A stretch of 64,000 nucleotides of DNA from Somniosus microcephalus (lineage: Eukaryota). The DNA lies in contig CM126202.1 in the NCBI GenBank assembly GCA_052327205.1, positions 62,124,001 through 62,188,000 of the forward strand. Direction: 5' to 3'. Each line of letters begins with the position of its first letter. Position 1 is the stretch's first letter. The notes beneath the pieces are model-generated. The model did not search any database. It had not been told where the DNA came from and saw only the letters and a list, made by a program, of their open reading frames with translations. Shown here one piece after another: positions 13,240 to 27,125 of the stretch. The translations under genes and the position numbers were made by a program.

Positions 13240-16148
13240 CGGAAAGGGTAAGTAGGGAAGTGGCATAGGCTTTAAACTAGTAAGAAAGGGGAGGGATCTA
13301 GAAGAAAAGAAACCAGCCTAAATATAAACAAAATGGGAAAGGAGAGCATAGGACAGACTAAACTAAGGGAGGACATAAATGGCCAGGGGATAAATAGAGT
13401 TATAGAACAGGAGTGTAAAAAGATGGTTAAAATGAAGTGAGAGGAACTGCTATTAAGAGTTAAACTGTCTACAGCAATGCACAGTGTCTAATAAAACCGG
13501 GGAACTGGAGGCAATAATACATTGAGGAACCAAATACAGTAGGGATTACTGAGACATGGCTACAGAAAAATCAGGACTGGGAATTAAACACTGCAGTGTG
13601 TAACATATTTAGAAAAGAGAGGGGGGGGGGAAGGGGGAGGTGGAATAGTTGTACTTAGAGATAACAATGGCAGTAGAAAAATGCAAACCAATTCAAAAAA
13701 TGAGTAAAAAACATAGAATAATAATTGTGGTGGGAGGATTTCAACTACTCTAAAATTAATTGGTCAGAAGAGGTAGGTAAAGGGGATAAGGAAATGCAGT
13801 TCCTACAATGTGTATAGGTCTCCTTTCTAATCCAGTATGTAGGAAGCCCATCAAGGGAGGATTCGCTCCTGGATCTAGTAATGGGGAATGAACCAGAGCG
13901 GTTAAGAGAAGTAAAAGTAGGGGAACATCTAGGCAATAGTGACCATAATATAATACACTTTTTAAGATAATAATTGAGAAGGACATATGTATGACTAAGA
14001 CCAGAATAATATGAGAGAAGCTGATTGAGGGGCAGAGAATAGAACTTGGGGAAAATAAAATGGACAACAATATTGGCAAACAATGATGTAGAACAGCAAT
14101 GGGAAGCATTTAAAATGGTGTTCAACAGAGTCCAGGAAAAATATATTCTGTTAAATAACAAGAACAAGCTAAACACTAATGAGGCACCATGGATGAATAA
14201 AGACATATGGGGAAAATTGAGGGTAAGGAAGGAGGCATACACTAAATACATGGACAGCAGGGGAGAGCATGATGGAGAATGTGAAGAGATTAGGAGAGAA
14301 GTCATAAAAATGATTAGGCAGGCAAAGAGGAACTATGAAATTAAATTATCAAGAAACATGAAACAAAGTAGTAAAATATTCTACAGACACATAAATTTAA
14401 AAAAGGAAAGTCAGGATGGGAATAGGGCCACTAAGGGATAGACAGGATAAAATCACAGGCAGTGATAGCAAAATGGCAGAAATATTAAATAATTACTTTG
14501 TTTCAGTATTTACCAGGGAGACACACCAGGTGGACATGACCTCCGAAGATGAGATTAGAAATTATATAACTGCATTTAGAATAAAAAGGAGAAATAGTAA
14601 ATCAACTAATCAAACTCCGAGGATAAAACCCCAGGTCCGGGCGGATTACATTGCGCATTTTTGAAAAAATCTAGGGAAGAGATAACAGAGGCACTATTAC
14701 AGATTTAATAATTCATTAGAAAAAGGTGTAGAGCCAGATGTCTGGTGGATAGCTAACGTAATAGCAATTTATTTAAGGGAAATAAAACATGCCGAGCAAA
14801 CTATGAACCAGTCAGCTTAACATCGGTGGTAGGAAAAATAATGGAATCCTTACTAAAGAAGAAAATAGAAAACGCCTAGAAACCAAAAACAACATAATGA
14901 AGTCAGCATGGGTTTCAAAAGGTAAAGTCTTGCTTGACCAACCTCGTTGAATTCTTTGAAGAGGCAGCAGAGAGTAGACAAGGGTAATGTAGTAGATGTA
15001 ATGTATCTAGATTTCCAAAAGGCCTTTGATAAGATGCCACATAATAGATTAATGAATAAGGTCAGAGTATGTGGAGTCAGGGCATGTAGCAGAATGGATA
15101 TCTAGTTGGCTTCAAGACAAAGCAGAGAGTGGGGTAAAGGGTAGTTATTCAGAGTGGCAGAAAGTGGGATTCCACCGGGATCAGTGCTGGGACCACTGTT
15201 CACAATTTATATTAATGATTTAGACTTCGGAATCAAACACTTTCTAAATTTGTGGATGACACCAATTTTTTTTGGGGGGGGGGTGAGGGGCAGGGATAGT
15301 TAATAATGAGAACTGCAAAAAATTACAAGAAGACATTAATAAACTGGCAGAATGGGCATAAAATTGGCAAATGAATTTCAACACAGATAAGTGAGGTATT
15401 ACATTTTGGTAAGAAAAGAAAGGCGTTCACATATTGCTTGGAAAATAAGAATATAAGTGGGGTAGAGGCACAAAGGGATCGGAGTACAAATACACAAATC
15501 ACTAAAGATAGCAATGCAGGTAAATGAAGCCATTTTAAAAAAAAAAAAAAAAAAAAACAAGCACGAGGGTTTGTTTCTAGAGGGATAGAATTGAAAAGTA
15601 GAGAGGTTATGCTGAACTTGTATCAAACCTTGGTTAGACAACACTTGAAGTACTGTGTACAATTCTGGTCTCCATATTATGAAACGGATATAGAGGCATT
15701 GGCGAAGGTGCAAAAAAATTTAAAGATGCACCAGAACTGTGAGGTTATACCTATCCGGAAAGGATGAACAGGCTTGGGTCGCTTTTCTCTTGAAAAGAGG
15801 AGGTTGAGGGGTGACCTAATAGAGATCTAAAGATTTTGATAGAGTAGGGACAGAGAGAGTGTTTTTCTACTTGTGGGAAAGAGCAAAACTAGAGGCCATC
15901 AACATATGATCGTCACCAAGGGAATTCAGAAGAAACTTCTTTACTGCAGGGAGTGGCTGAGGCGAATAGTACAGATGCGTTTAAGGAGAATCTAAATAAG
16001 CATATGAGGGAGAAGGGAATAGAGGGTTAGGCTGAGAGTTGGATAAGGAAAGACTGGAGGAGGCTCGAGTGGAGCATAAACGCCGGCATAGACTGGTTGG
16101 ACCGAATGGCCCATTTCTGTGCTGTACATTCTATGTAATTCTAATGTA
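13240..16148 (+). mobile_element. 5'-truncated, degraded CR1 LINE (ORF2 endonuclease-RT and 3' tail)
   Basis: Remnants GITETWL, LLDLVMGNEP..EHLGNSDHNII, QHGFQKGKSCLTNL, YLDFQKAFDK.PH, YINDLD, YCVQFWSP; tail ctgtgctgtacattctatgtaattctaatgta. Confidence 0.92.
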
Positions 16149-16503
16149 CTGCGCCACCATACTACTAAAAGTATTAAATGAGGTGTAAAGTATATTGAGT
16201 ACAAGTTTTTGTTTTCAGTTCTGTATGAATGTTGCAGAGTTTTATATCAAAACAGTGTTAAGGTCTGGCGCTACTTAATATTTAGTCTCCTTTCTTCTGA
16301 CGAGATTTAGTATTAGAGCTTTATTATTGTACATAATTTTGATAGTTTTTAATGGATCGCTATAATGCTTGAATGATTAAAAGATGAATTTAAGTGAAGT
16401 GGATTTTTTTTTGGTCTGGAAATAATTTTGCAGTGTAGTCAAATGCTTTTCTTTTGATCCATTGCTTAAGAGGAGAAAAAGCTACACTTTCTGCTTACTA
16501 TAA

Positions 16504-17249
16504 TGGCCCAGAAATTCGGGTCGGGGGGCTTCCCACGGGTGTAAGCCCCCGACCTGCACTTACCTTGCGCGCCAGCCGTTGAGCTGTGGAATTCCGATCC
16601 TGGGCCTCCTCCAACTGCCGGCACGCAGTGCTTGCGTATCCCAGGGGCGCAGTTAGTGCGATGCGTCCCCTGGGAGTGGGCCACGCAGAGCCAATGGTAG
16701 CAGGGAATGATTCATTCATAAGTTTGACAGGAAGGGCTGTCAAACTTATAAATACTATAAGCCCCAAAACATCACTAAATCTTCAAAAAAAAAAATGTAA
16801 TCACATTTTTTAAATAAACTATAAATTACATGAAATAACTATTAAACAATTTAAATTTTTAGAAAATAATTTTATTTTCTAACGGGGCTAAAAATAAACT
16901 TACCTTTCTTTAAAGTATTTAAAAATAATAAACCTTTGGGGAAAAAATGTTAATTTTAATTAATTCACCACTTACCGTGTAAAAAGCAGGTCTTGCAACT
17001 GCTTTTTATATGTGTAACTTCTGGAGACGTGCCCTCCTGGGAAAACCTGCGGAAAGAGAAAAAAAAAGTAAAAGTAAGTTTGATGCGCACGCGCAGCCTC
17101 TCCTGCACTCGCGTTCGACCTCTGAACCCCTTCTTTCAGGGGAACGGAAGTGCCGGTTTCCCGTGCATGCAGGAAACCGGCACTTCCAGTGGGCTTACGG
17201 GTGAGTACCCCGTGCGTACTCACCCGTGGAGACCTGAATTTCTGGGCCA
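16504..17249. mobile_element. Non-autonomous TIR DNA element (PIF/Harbinger-like MITE)
   Basis: TIR TGGCCCAGAAATTCGGGTC ... GACCTGAATTTCTGGGCCA; GC-rich ends and AT-rich core; TSD imperfect. Confidence 0.8.
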
Positions 17250-17639
17250 TTGTAAACCCTCCTTAGTGTCAGTAATCTTTTCTGCCTGTTAACTTCTTGG
17301 GTTGATTCACTGGTTCATATGAGTGACTTGGGCCAATATCATCCCTTGGAACTGATGATTCTCCTTTCTAACCATCTAGACCATGTTTAACAAATTATAC
17401 ATTTAATCAAAAACTGAATTGTTGACTTACATTTAAAAACTTTTTTTTTTTTTTTTTTTAATTGCTTTTCCAGCCTAGTCCTAGATGTTACAGTACAAAT
17501 GACCACTGCTTAAAGTGCTGTATATTCTGGAGAATTGCAGGACTTCAAGATCTTGCTGGTTACTTTAGGTCAGCTTTTCATTGACTTATGCATCTCACTT
17601 GTCAAGTTTCTGCTGTCCTAATCTATCCTGAAGACATTG

Positions 17640-17940
17640 GCTCTTGTTGGGGTGCAATTCCATGGGCATCAGTTACCCTCTCCTAATAAAACCAAGTGGC
17701 CATATTCCCATGTGAGCCTTGATGTTGCGTGTTGGCCAGCTATTCAGAGGCATCGCAGCTGAGCCCAACCTTGTCCTCATCCAAGTTCTGCGCGCACGCA
17801 CTTTCGGATAGGAGGGGTCACCGAGTAGCAACTGAGAAAACCATGATTGGTTTTTCTCTCGTGCCCCTTTCCTAACTAATTTTAGCACTGCTACTACTGC
17901 CTTGGTTGAGGTCTGGTAACTCATGGATTGAACTTGAGTA
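17640..17940 (-). mobile_element. Old SINE (MamSINE1/AmnSINE2-like)
   Basis: Collinear similarity to 29165-29380 and 19200-19395. Confidence 0.55.
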
Positions 17941-18411
17941 ACACATTTTTCTACGATATGTTTTATTTTAAATTTATTTTTCACTAATTTTATATCTTTT
18001 TCTACTGGCTGACTAATATTCTGGATCCACCTTGTATGTGCCATTTAATACTTTACATATGTGAGGTTTTCCCTTAAACTCTGCAATCTAGAGTGATAAT
18101 GATTAAGTTTCTTGACAAACCTAGTATCAAAACCTTGTATAACTGATGTATAGTGTTCAGAGTTTGGTACTTTATTGACCTAACAATACTTCAAAGAACC
18201 CAATTTGCTTTTCTTCAGCTACCTCACATCTCTTGTGAATCTTTAGTGATTGATCAGTGACTGCTCCAAGTCCTGTTCCTCCTCCTACTTTTAATGGACA
18301 CCCATGCATGGAGTAGACGTGCCCTCAGTTGCCTGGCCTTGGGTGCATAACACAGCAGTTCTTTACTATAAATTACATCAGCTGCAAATTTAATAATGGT
18401 ACTATCTATAG

Positions 18412-19046
18412 TGTTGGATCAACTGAATAGATTAATCCAAATTATATAGGTTTGGACACCAGAGATAAATCAACTGGATTTTATTGATTAAAGTAAAAGC
18501 AAGTGTTTACATCTATATACTTGCACGTAGGATATCTGGTTGGGTCTTCAAACTACAAACCAATCCAGGCTAATTCTCAGCACAGAATACCAAAGAATTA
18601 CTGAACGTGAGCTTATTTATACACCTAGATGGACAATGCCAGATGACTTGCTCGGAACCTATCAATTCTGAGATTGTCATGTGATCTTTGTGTCATTTGC
18701 TACTATACCAGTAGATGGCGATTGTCTCACCGCATACACTCCATTCTCATTGGAATGTGGCTGGCATTTCATTTCTTATCAGTAAAATGAGACAATTTTT
18801 CATTGTTACAAACATCACACCTTATCTGAACAATAACAACTGAAACCAAGATGTGGTGTTTCCAAGCTAGCTATAATTCTATGCACAAACCCTTTGATGC
18901 TTCTTAAATTACCTTTAAACAGATACCTCCTGCTCCTACTTACTTAGGATTCCACACACCAAAGCTAACGACTACATTCTCATAAGATATTAATACTGAC
19001 TTCTGTATTAAGCTATTCTTCCTATTCTATAATATGCTATCCTACA
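18412..19046 (-). mobile_element. Solo LTR (635 bp) with 5-bp TSD, inserted in an old CR1 fragment
   Basis: Termini TGTTGGAT...ATCCTACA (7/8 inverted, TG...CA); TATAG duplicated at 18407-18411 and 19047-19051; minus-strand TATAAATA (about 18614-18621) and AATAAA (about 18480-18485). The flank at 19052-19130 is a minus-strand CR1 RT remnant. Confidence 0.85.
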
Positions 19047-19439
19047 TATAGCTTCAAGATCATTGATAAAAAAAAATAATGAATAGTAAATGAACCAGCA
19101 CAGATCCTTGGCGAACACTACTCATCAGTCCCCAATTTGAATCCTTCAAATAATAGCTACTCTGTTTACGCAATCTCGCCCAGCTCCAAATTCTGAGAGC
19201 CTAGATGGGGAGTATTGGTAGGTTGTTAAACTATAGGGTATCACAGCTGAGCTGCTCTCACCTGATTTTCACACATGTGCTTTCCAGCATGAATTAGATA
19301 GTGATCACTTGCAAGAATGTCATCTGTTCTCTTCTCTTCCCCATCCCTTAACCGAGGAGCTGAGGTCAATTGTAGCATCTTGCCTCAGACCATCTAACTT
19401 GCGATGAATTGGTAATTAAGCCTGCGATTTTCAGGTCTG

Positions 19440-19940
19440 GATGGCTGCCAATAGAACAAGCTGTAGTTTGGGGAATGGGAGGCTGACCGGGGAGCATTGC
19501 AGTAATTGAGTTTGGAGGTGACCGAGACAAATATGCAGGTTTCAGCAGCCAGTAGACTAAGGTAGGAGCAGAGGCGGATGATGTTATGGAGGTAGAAGTA
19601 GGCAGTCTTTGTGACCAAGCGGATAGGGGTTGAAAGCTCAGCTCGGACCAGCCTGAAACGGTGGCTGGGGAGCAGTTTATGACGGGCACCAAAGATCATA
19701 ACTGTGATCTTCCAAGTATTTTTGAAGGGAACTGAAATTCATCCAAGACTGACTGTTTGTTTGAGGCAGTGGTAGTTTGAGACACCTGGTGGAGAGGTAG
19801 AGCTAGGTATCGTCGGCGTGTGGCAGCAGTCTCTGTCTGCAGATGATGTTATGGCATAACCTCTAGATGTGGAGTAAAGGGACATTTTTGGGGTGGGAAG
19901 AGAAGCCCTTTCTACAGATGCTATGCTATATTCAGATAGT
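19440..19940 (-). mobile_element. Old L2 LINE fragment
   Basis: Minus-strand TKTAYFYLHNIIRLCSYLS..AAET.I..SVTSKLNYCNA. Confidence 0.75.
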
Positions 19941-20716
19941 ATACTCTTGCTTCCTTTCTGTTTCTTTAGGATTGCAGACAAGGTCTTCCTCTTTGCGCAA
20001 ATAAATAGCTTCCAGGTAAGATAAATTAGCCAAAGTTTAAAGTCCAGATGCTCCTTTTTTAATAGGATTGTATTTTTCTATTAATGGATAATTTGGTTAA
20101 TATCACTCACCTGGAACTTCTTTTTATTCAAGCATAAGGTGGGAATGAGAGGCATTCAGCTTCCCCTTTCATCCAGATCCATCCAGATTATTTTCATGGA
20201 ATTATTGCACAATTATGGAAATTAAGGAAGAAAGTTTCCCTGTAACATTTAACCAGTTTTAGAGAAAAGGCAAGCAAAGTGCCAAATCACCTAGGAGAAT
20301 TCAAAGTTAATAGTGCATTTAGAGACCCTAAAAGGATGAAAAGCTTTATTTGATGAATTAAAATCCAGTATGCATTTCTAATTTTTATGAAAGTTGTATC
20401 CACTAATTTTTCTTGCAATAAAAAAATGTGGCAGGTTAAAGGACTAGAGTGCCCATGCCATCCTAAACAGTTACCCAGAATCACTGGCTGAAAGGAAAAT
20501 AGTAGCATTCCCCAAATGCAATGATACTGAATTATCCACAAAACAACAATAATGCTATATAACACTAGGTAGAGGATTTTGCTTGAGTAATCTATTTAAG
20601 TTGGATAAATGGTGTTTTTATCTTGATACTGGGGCTCCAGGGGAGCAATGCTAATGACCTCCAAGTACTGTTCTTCCATTTTTGCTGTGTCACAGTGGAC
20701 TATAGTGCCTATTCAG

Positions 20717-20733
20717 TGTCGGCTGTGGCTCAG

Positions 20734-20767
<34 letters not shown>

Positions 20768-21150
20768 GTTGGTTCCAGTCCCACTCCAGAGACTTGAGCA
20801 CCAAATCTAGGCTAACACTCCAGTGCAGTGCTGAGGGAGCGCTGCGCTGTCGGAGGTGCCGTCTTTCAGATGAGACGTTAAACCGAGGCCCGTCTGTGCT
20901 CTCGGGTAGATGTAAATGATCCCATGGCATTATTTCGAAGAGCAGGAGAGTTATCCCTGGTGTCCGGGCCAATACATATCCCTCAATCAACATCACTAAA
21001 AACAGATTATCTGGTCATTATCACATTGCTGTTTGTGGGAGCTTGCTGTGCGCAAAATTGCTTGCTGCTGCGTTTCCTCCATTACAACAATGACTCCACT
21101 TTCAAAATTACTTCATTGGCTGAAACGCGCTGTATAAATGCAAGTCAGTC
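20717..21150 (+). mobile_element. Near full-length Deu-domain SINE (SacSINE1-like)
   Basis: tRNA-like head (gtggctcaggtgggtagcac...ggttccagtccc), core gtgctgagggagcgctgcgctgtcggaggtgccgtctttcagatgagacgttaaaccgagg, L2-like tail tataaatgcaagt. Confidence 0.85.
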
Positions 21151-21654
21151 TGTCTTTTGTTGGAGAGCCAGGAGTAACTACTCTTGGGACCCAAGGAAAG
21201 TTGGATCCTAGATCCTGTTGGAGGTGCAAAGTTTGGCTGCTGCCAACAGTACAATATTGTCACTATAAAAGCACCTAGATTCCCCTTGGAAAAATTGAAG
21301 TAGCCTAATAGGAATAAAGTATATATTAAAGCTTACTGTTCCTAATATTCTCAAGATGATTGTAAAAGGTACATTTAGATTGCTTGAAAATGGCCATGTG
21401 GATTCTCAACAAAATCCTAAGTGGCACCAACTTCCCTTCAATTATATCAATGTCCCTTGTATGCATCATGTAGTGTGTTTCAGATTGACATTATGTCTCT
21501 TACCACGTAACCAACTGCTGCTTATGGAAGTGATGGGAATTTGCATAGGTTCATGATATCCTTTGGAAACCGAAAAGACTGAATTATATTCGAGCTAGGT
21601 GTCTCATAAAGCTGATTTAACAGCTTGCATGTGTCTTTTTGTGTCTGAGAACAG

Positions 21655-22230
21655 AATGAAACAATTTGCATTTATCAGGTCCTCAAACTATTCCAAAGCA
21701 CTTTTCAATCAATGGATTCCTTTGTGAAGCACGGTCACTAATGATGTGTAAACTTATTTGGCAAGGGCATTAAGGGCTATGGAACCAAGGTGGGTAGATG
21801 GAATTAAGATACAGATCGGTCATGATCTGATTGAATGAATGGCTACAAGCCCAAGGGGCTGAATGGCCTACTCCTGTTCCTATGACACGTGGCAGCCAAT
21901 TTGTACATAGTAAGATCCCACAAACAGCAAACGAATGACCAGATAACCTGTATTTTGGTAGTGTTGGTTTAGAGAGGAATCTTGGCCAGGACATACGGAG
22001 AGCTCCCTGTTCCTCTTTACATAATGTCTTGGAATCTCTTGCACTTTCCAGAGCAAGCAGAGGAGGCATCGGTATGATGCCTCATCTAACAAATATAACC
22101 TAAGAAAATGCAGCACTCTCGGTACTGCACTGTAGCGTCAGCCTAGAATGTGTGCTTAATTCCATCGTGGGGCTTGAACCCATAATCTTCTGACTTAGGT
22201 GAGTGTTACTAACTGACCCAAGCTGACACT
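21655..22230 (-). mobile_element. Deu-SINE with a + strand CR1 3' tail inserted at about 21751-21883
   Basis: Reverse complement of the 20717 element, interrupted by aagggctatggaaccaagg...gaatggcctactcctgttcctatg. Confidence 0.75.
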
Positions 22231-23561
22231 TAAGAACTGAGTGCTTCTGGGTGTCTGGTATAGTATTTGTCAGCAAGCACTTCTAGCTGTAACTCTTGGT
22301 TATAATACCATTATCTTTCTAATGTCAAATTATATTCATTCAAATGGATTTCCATACCGAGTGCAACAGAATACTTCTGGAGACTTCAATGTGGGTTTGA
22401 CGGGTGATACAAGAGGAGGAATGTAATGACTTTGAATTTGCTTTAGCTGTTCTTGCTGCCCTGATGACTTGATAAGGCTACTGATGTTTGTTTGAGCACA
22501 ATATGAATTGCACTATTTATATTTTAAAAAATTCTTGAATTGTCTGGCTATTTTGTACTTTGTAAAAATCTAGATTAGATAATGATAGCCATCACTCATG
22601 ATGGTACTACTTTACCAGTCTGCTATGGATTACTTTTTTATATAAGTACTAGGGCAATGTTCATTTTCTAACTCCCATTAGGTGCACATTAAGAGTGATG
22701 CCGTTTAAATGTATCTGCTTATCTCTAATTGACACTTGCTGGGATGCTTTAATTTTAAAAATGCATGTATTGTATGAAAGTTGCATGAATTGGAGTGACC
22801 TTTTTAACCTCAGTTTGTGCATCTATCTAGAATTTATATTTGGGAGGACTTTAGGATAATTGGGGATAGATTAACAAAGATGGGCCGAATGCCAGCCACT
22901 TAAATTATATTCAATTGAGCCTTTGGCTTTACAAATCCAGCTCCTTCTTCTTTCTGTATCTTTAGAATAAAGCTTAATTTACAGCTTTGTCTTTGCTAGT
23001 AATGACTATGAAGGGCGTTTTAATTTTATTCTGTCTGTAGAATGGATAAGGAAATACAAATTAAATACTTTTCTCTGTTAGAACTTGTGGACTAGAATTC
23101 TAATTTTGTCTAAATGTTTGGACGTTATTGCTTTTAAATTTGTTCATTTAATTTACATAGTGAAAGATGTAGGCTAGTTTTTATAAACGGCTGGTGAGGT
23201 TGGAAAGTTTTGGTTGTTGAAGACCTATTGAGTCTTACTTTTCACTCTTTCCCCAGGAGCACAATGCAGCACTGCCATGCAGAAGATGATTACTATATGC
23301 TTATGCAATATGTTAGAGTATTTTAGGGTTTTTGGTGGGAGCACAGTTACTAAAACAGTATTCTTGATTTACAATCAAATCTGTAATGGGCCTCCCTTTA
23401 TGACTCTCGGCCTGCTACAGCTACAAACAGGCTAACACCTTTATAATTTGCTCAACTGTTAGAAGCTGACCTCGGCCACAACCGATAGATAAGTTCTGTG
23501 GACAGTTGTGAAGAAATCCAATGGGAAATATGAAAGCCATTTTCTGTATATACTTATAAGC

Positions 23562-24020
23562 GAACGAATGAACTTGCATTTATATAGTGTCTTTCACAAC
23601 CTCAGGATATCCCAAAGCACTTCATAGCCAATTAATTACTTTCTGAAGTGTGGTCACTGTTGGAATGTAGGGAAATGTGGCAGCCAAATTGCACACAGCA
23701 AGGTGTCTCAAACAGCAATGAGAAATCACCAGTTAAGCTGTTTATTTTAGTGGCGTTGGTTGAGGGATAAATGTTGGCCAGGGCACCCGGAGAACTCCCG
23801 TGCTGCTCTTGGAATCGTGCCATGGGATCTTTTACATCCACCTGAGAACAGATGAGACTTCGGTCCATCTCATCTGAAAGATGGCACCTCCAACAGTGTA
23901 GCACTCCCTCGCTGTTGCACTGAAGTGTCAGCCAAGCGTATGTGCTGAAGTCCTGGAGTGAGGCTTCAACCCACAACCATCTGACTGAGGTGAGCGAGAG
24001 TGCTACTATTGAACCACAGC
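23562..24020 (-). mobile_element. Near full-length Deu-SINE
   Basis: Reverse complement of the 20717 element from tail to tRNA head. Confidence 0.85.
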
Positions 24021-25494
24021 TTTAGCCCTTCTAATCTTTTTCACCTTCCTACAACAATATTAGTAGCCCTCATTTTATCATATTTGGACTGTTTACGTTT
24101 TATTTTCATTGTAATCTATTTATCCATAGAACTCCATTTGACGCACCTCATTTTGCCTTGGAATATATTTACTTTGCACTCTACAACAGCAATAACAACT
24201 TGCATTTGTTTGTACATACTTGGTGGTTAACCAGATTTCTTACTTTCTGTCTCTTTATTAAAGGTAATGTGCTAAATTTTCAGTATTTTAGCCTTCAAAC
24301 CGTAAAATATTAGCCACTTTTACTGATGCCAAGAGTTCATGTGCTCCAAGCATCATATTCTGTGTGCATATTTAAAAGTCTATTTTGGCAGTGGTAATTC
24401 AAAATACAAAGATGTATATGTTATGGCTGGAATATTGTGATTTTTATGGTACTGTATATTTGAGTATTAAGGCTGTAACAATTTCTTATGACTTGAAGCT
24501 TTAGCTACCTTTTAATTCAGCTACACTGAGCGGTTTCAACTACACCACTAGCACTATTACTTATGCACTGTAAAACATTCCTGAGGTTAAAATAAGTGTT
24601 TCTGGCAAAATAAAAATGATGCAGCTGGAAACCAGTTCTCAAGTCTCTAAAGCAGCACTGGATGATGATGATGCAGTACACTTAAAGCTTTAAACATGAA
24701 GAAACGGAATCTAATCCTTTGTACTTTCCTGAAGCTTTGAAGCTCGAAAGCCTTTGTTCCAGCTCTAATGCTACACCATTTGGTTGGGCACTTTTTTTTA
24801 ATGGTTAGACTGCATTCATTATTTCAATTCATCCTGAAGGGATCCGAATCATATTGGCTTAGCCAAAATTAATGTGCACAGTTTTTCAAATAACTTTCTT
24901 ATGCATGATAAAGACCATGACGATGAACCTGCTGGTCTCCACTCTCTTGTCTCTGAGCTCCTGTAGACCTCTGTCTTTCACAGTCTGAACCTCCTGCAGT
25001 GAGCACACAGTTCGATCAATAACTCAATAACTTTTTTCATGCAGTAATTATCTGAGATATTACTTGGACACTGCATTTCTTTATTACCCCAAAGATGAAA
25101 GCTTTTTATGTCAACTGCAGATCCTTTTGTTTAAAAAAAAACATACTTTGTATCTGATCTATGAAATTATTATGAATATAAATTAAAGAAATATTTGAAT
25201 CAATTACTTGAATCAATTCATTACAATATATTTAATTAGTTTAACAATTTTAATTGTAATTTTCATATTGTAAAGAAACAGTGGAACATCTATGGTGATT
25301 CAAAGTATTGACAACATTTCTAAAAGTGTTGTCAAGATACTGAGTTTATTCAATCTGTTCTTTTCAATAAATCTGAATACAATATCATACAATTCGGTTC
25401 AAAGCATGGAGTAGAATGGGTGGTTTTTAATGGCTTGATCCCGTTGTTGCTTCCAGACTCACTTTTCCCTCCCTGTCCTGTTTTTTTTTTTTAG

Positions 25495-25581
25495 ATTGAG
25501 GTTCTGCAAGAATCATGGATGATGATTCCAGATTGTCAGCGTCGGTTGGCAGCTGCCCACAGTAGCCTTACACAACTATTG
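25495..25581 (+). CDS. TBCA: TBCA coding exon 3 (87 bp; IEVLQESWMMIPDCQRRLAAAHSSLTQLL)
   Basis: Poly-T tract + tag| acceptor, |gtgagt donor, phase 0/0; matches the TBCA motif EILQESRMMIPDCQRRL. Confidence 0.96.
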
Positions 25582-26642
25582 GTGAGTCTGCATTATTTTC
25601 AGTTTGGCAAGTTATAAGTACATGGTGTTCCTTTCTATAGCTAGTATATGTATAGGGTTGAGGAATGGATATATTGCCTCAACTTTAATCAGTTTATTAG
25701 TCACTGTAAATTCATAGAATCCACATTAGATATCTGAAATCATGAAAAATTAAGCCAAGTATGTAGAGTGAAATGATTGGACTAGAGTTTGTACAATAAG
25801 CTGATATGTTCTCTACAAAATTCAACTTTAAGAAGAAAGTTACTGAATTTGGTTATTTTTTGTGCCTCTTAATTCAAAAGTATGAGCTCGATGTGCCATA
25901 AAAGCCTGTTTTTTGTATTTTTGTTGAGTATATTTTCTGTATCTAGAGAGTAACGACTTGCATCAAAAACAAATTCTAAAACAAACAAATGAGAGTCTTC
26001 GCTTTACTAGACTAGATATGAAATGCACAACATTCAAATGCAATTTAATTTGTGGTTGTGGAGCTTCATTTGCATTATCTAGTTATCTTTAACATTTAAT
26101 GAATTTGCCACATGTTCCAGAATAAAGTTGCAATAAGATGCATTTCATTATTCAAATTGTTTGGGGAACATGTATTTTAAACAAAAAATAACCAGTAGAT
26201 TCTTCATGGCAAGCATGAGGCAATGCAATTTATATTCATTTTGGAAAATCACAGTTAAAGTACTTTTTAAAATAAGTACTGATTCAGATATTTTGTGAAG
26301 TATAATTTTAATGGAAGTGTAAATGATATGGGAGTTTAGTCTATTAAAGTCTGCTTGCTTGGATAAAGTCTCTGAATCTATAATAAATACAGGATATGGG
26401 AAAAATGGATGATGCCAGCTCTTTCTAAATATCTTGGTTGCTACCTACATATTTTAAAGAAATTGGACTAAAACCATTCCAGTGCATTTACTCATTTCCA
26501 TTTTTATATAAAATTAGCTGCGGTGTGTCTTTTAACATTATTGAAATGTCTTGAAAGTAGTGCTAAGTTTGTTATGAATAACAGAATTTGGCAATTTTTG
26601 AAAATTAAATGTAATTTATTGATCTGGAAATGTTTGGTGCAT

Positions 26643-27125
26643 AATAAGAACATAAGGAGCAGGAGTAGGCCATACGGCCCCTCTGGCCTGCTCCGCCATT
26701 CAATAGGATCATGGCTGATCCGAACCTAGACTCACGTCCACTTCCCTGCCCGCTCCCCGTAACCTCTAATTCCCTTATCGGCTAGGAAACTGTCTATCTC
26801 CGTTTTAAATTTATTTAATGTCGCAGCTTCCACAGCTGAGGTAGCAAATAAATTCCATAGATTTACTACCCTCTGAGTGAAGAAGTTTCTCATCTCAGTT
26901 TTGAAAGGGCAGCCCCTTATTCTAAGATTATGCCCCCTAGTTCTAGTCTCACCCATCAGTGGAAACATCCTCCCCGCATCCACCCGATCAAGCCCCCTCA
27001 CAATCTTATGTTTCGATAAGATCGCTTCTCATTCTTCTGAATTCCAATGAGTAGAGGCCCAACCAAATCAACCCCCTCATCTCCGGAATCAACCGAGTGA
27101 ACCTTCTCTGAACTGCCTCAAGAGC
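26643..27125 (-). mobile_element. CR1 LINE 3' fragment
   Basis: Minus ORF MRGLDRVDAGRMFPL..TRTRGHNL..RNFFTQRVVNLWN; tail ataagaacataaggagcaggagtaggcc. Confidence 0.9.

Noticed and set aside
20717-20790. tRNA-like sequence
   Set aside because: It is the SINE head and continues into the Deu core; no complete cloverleaf.
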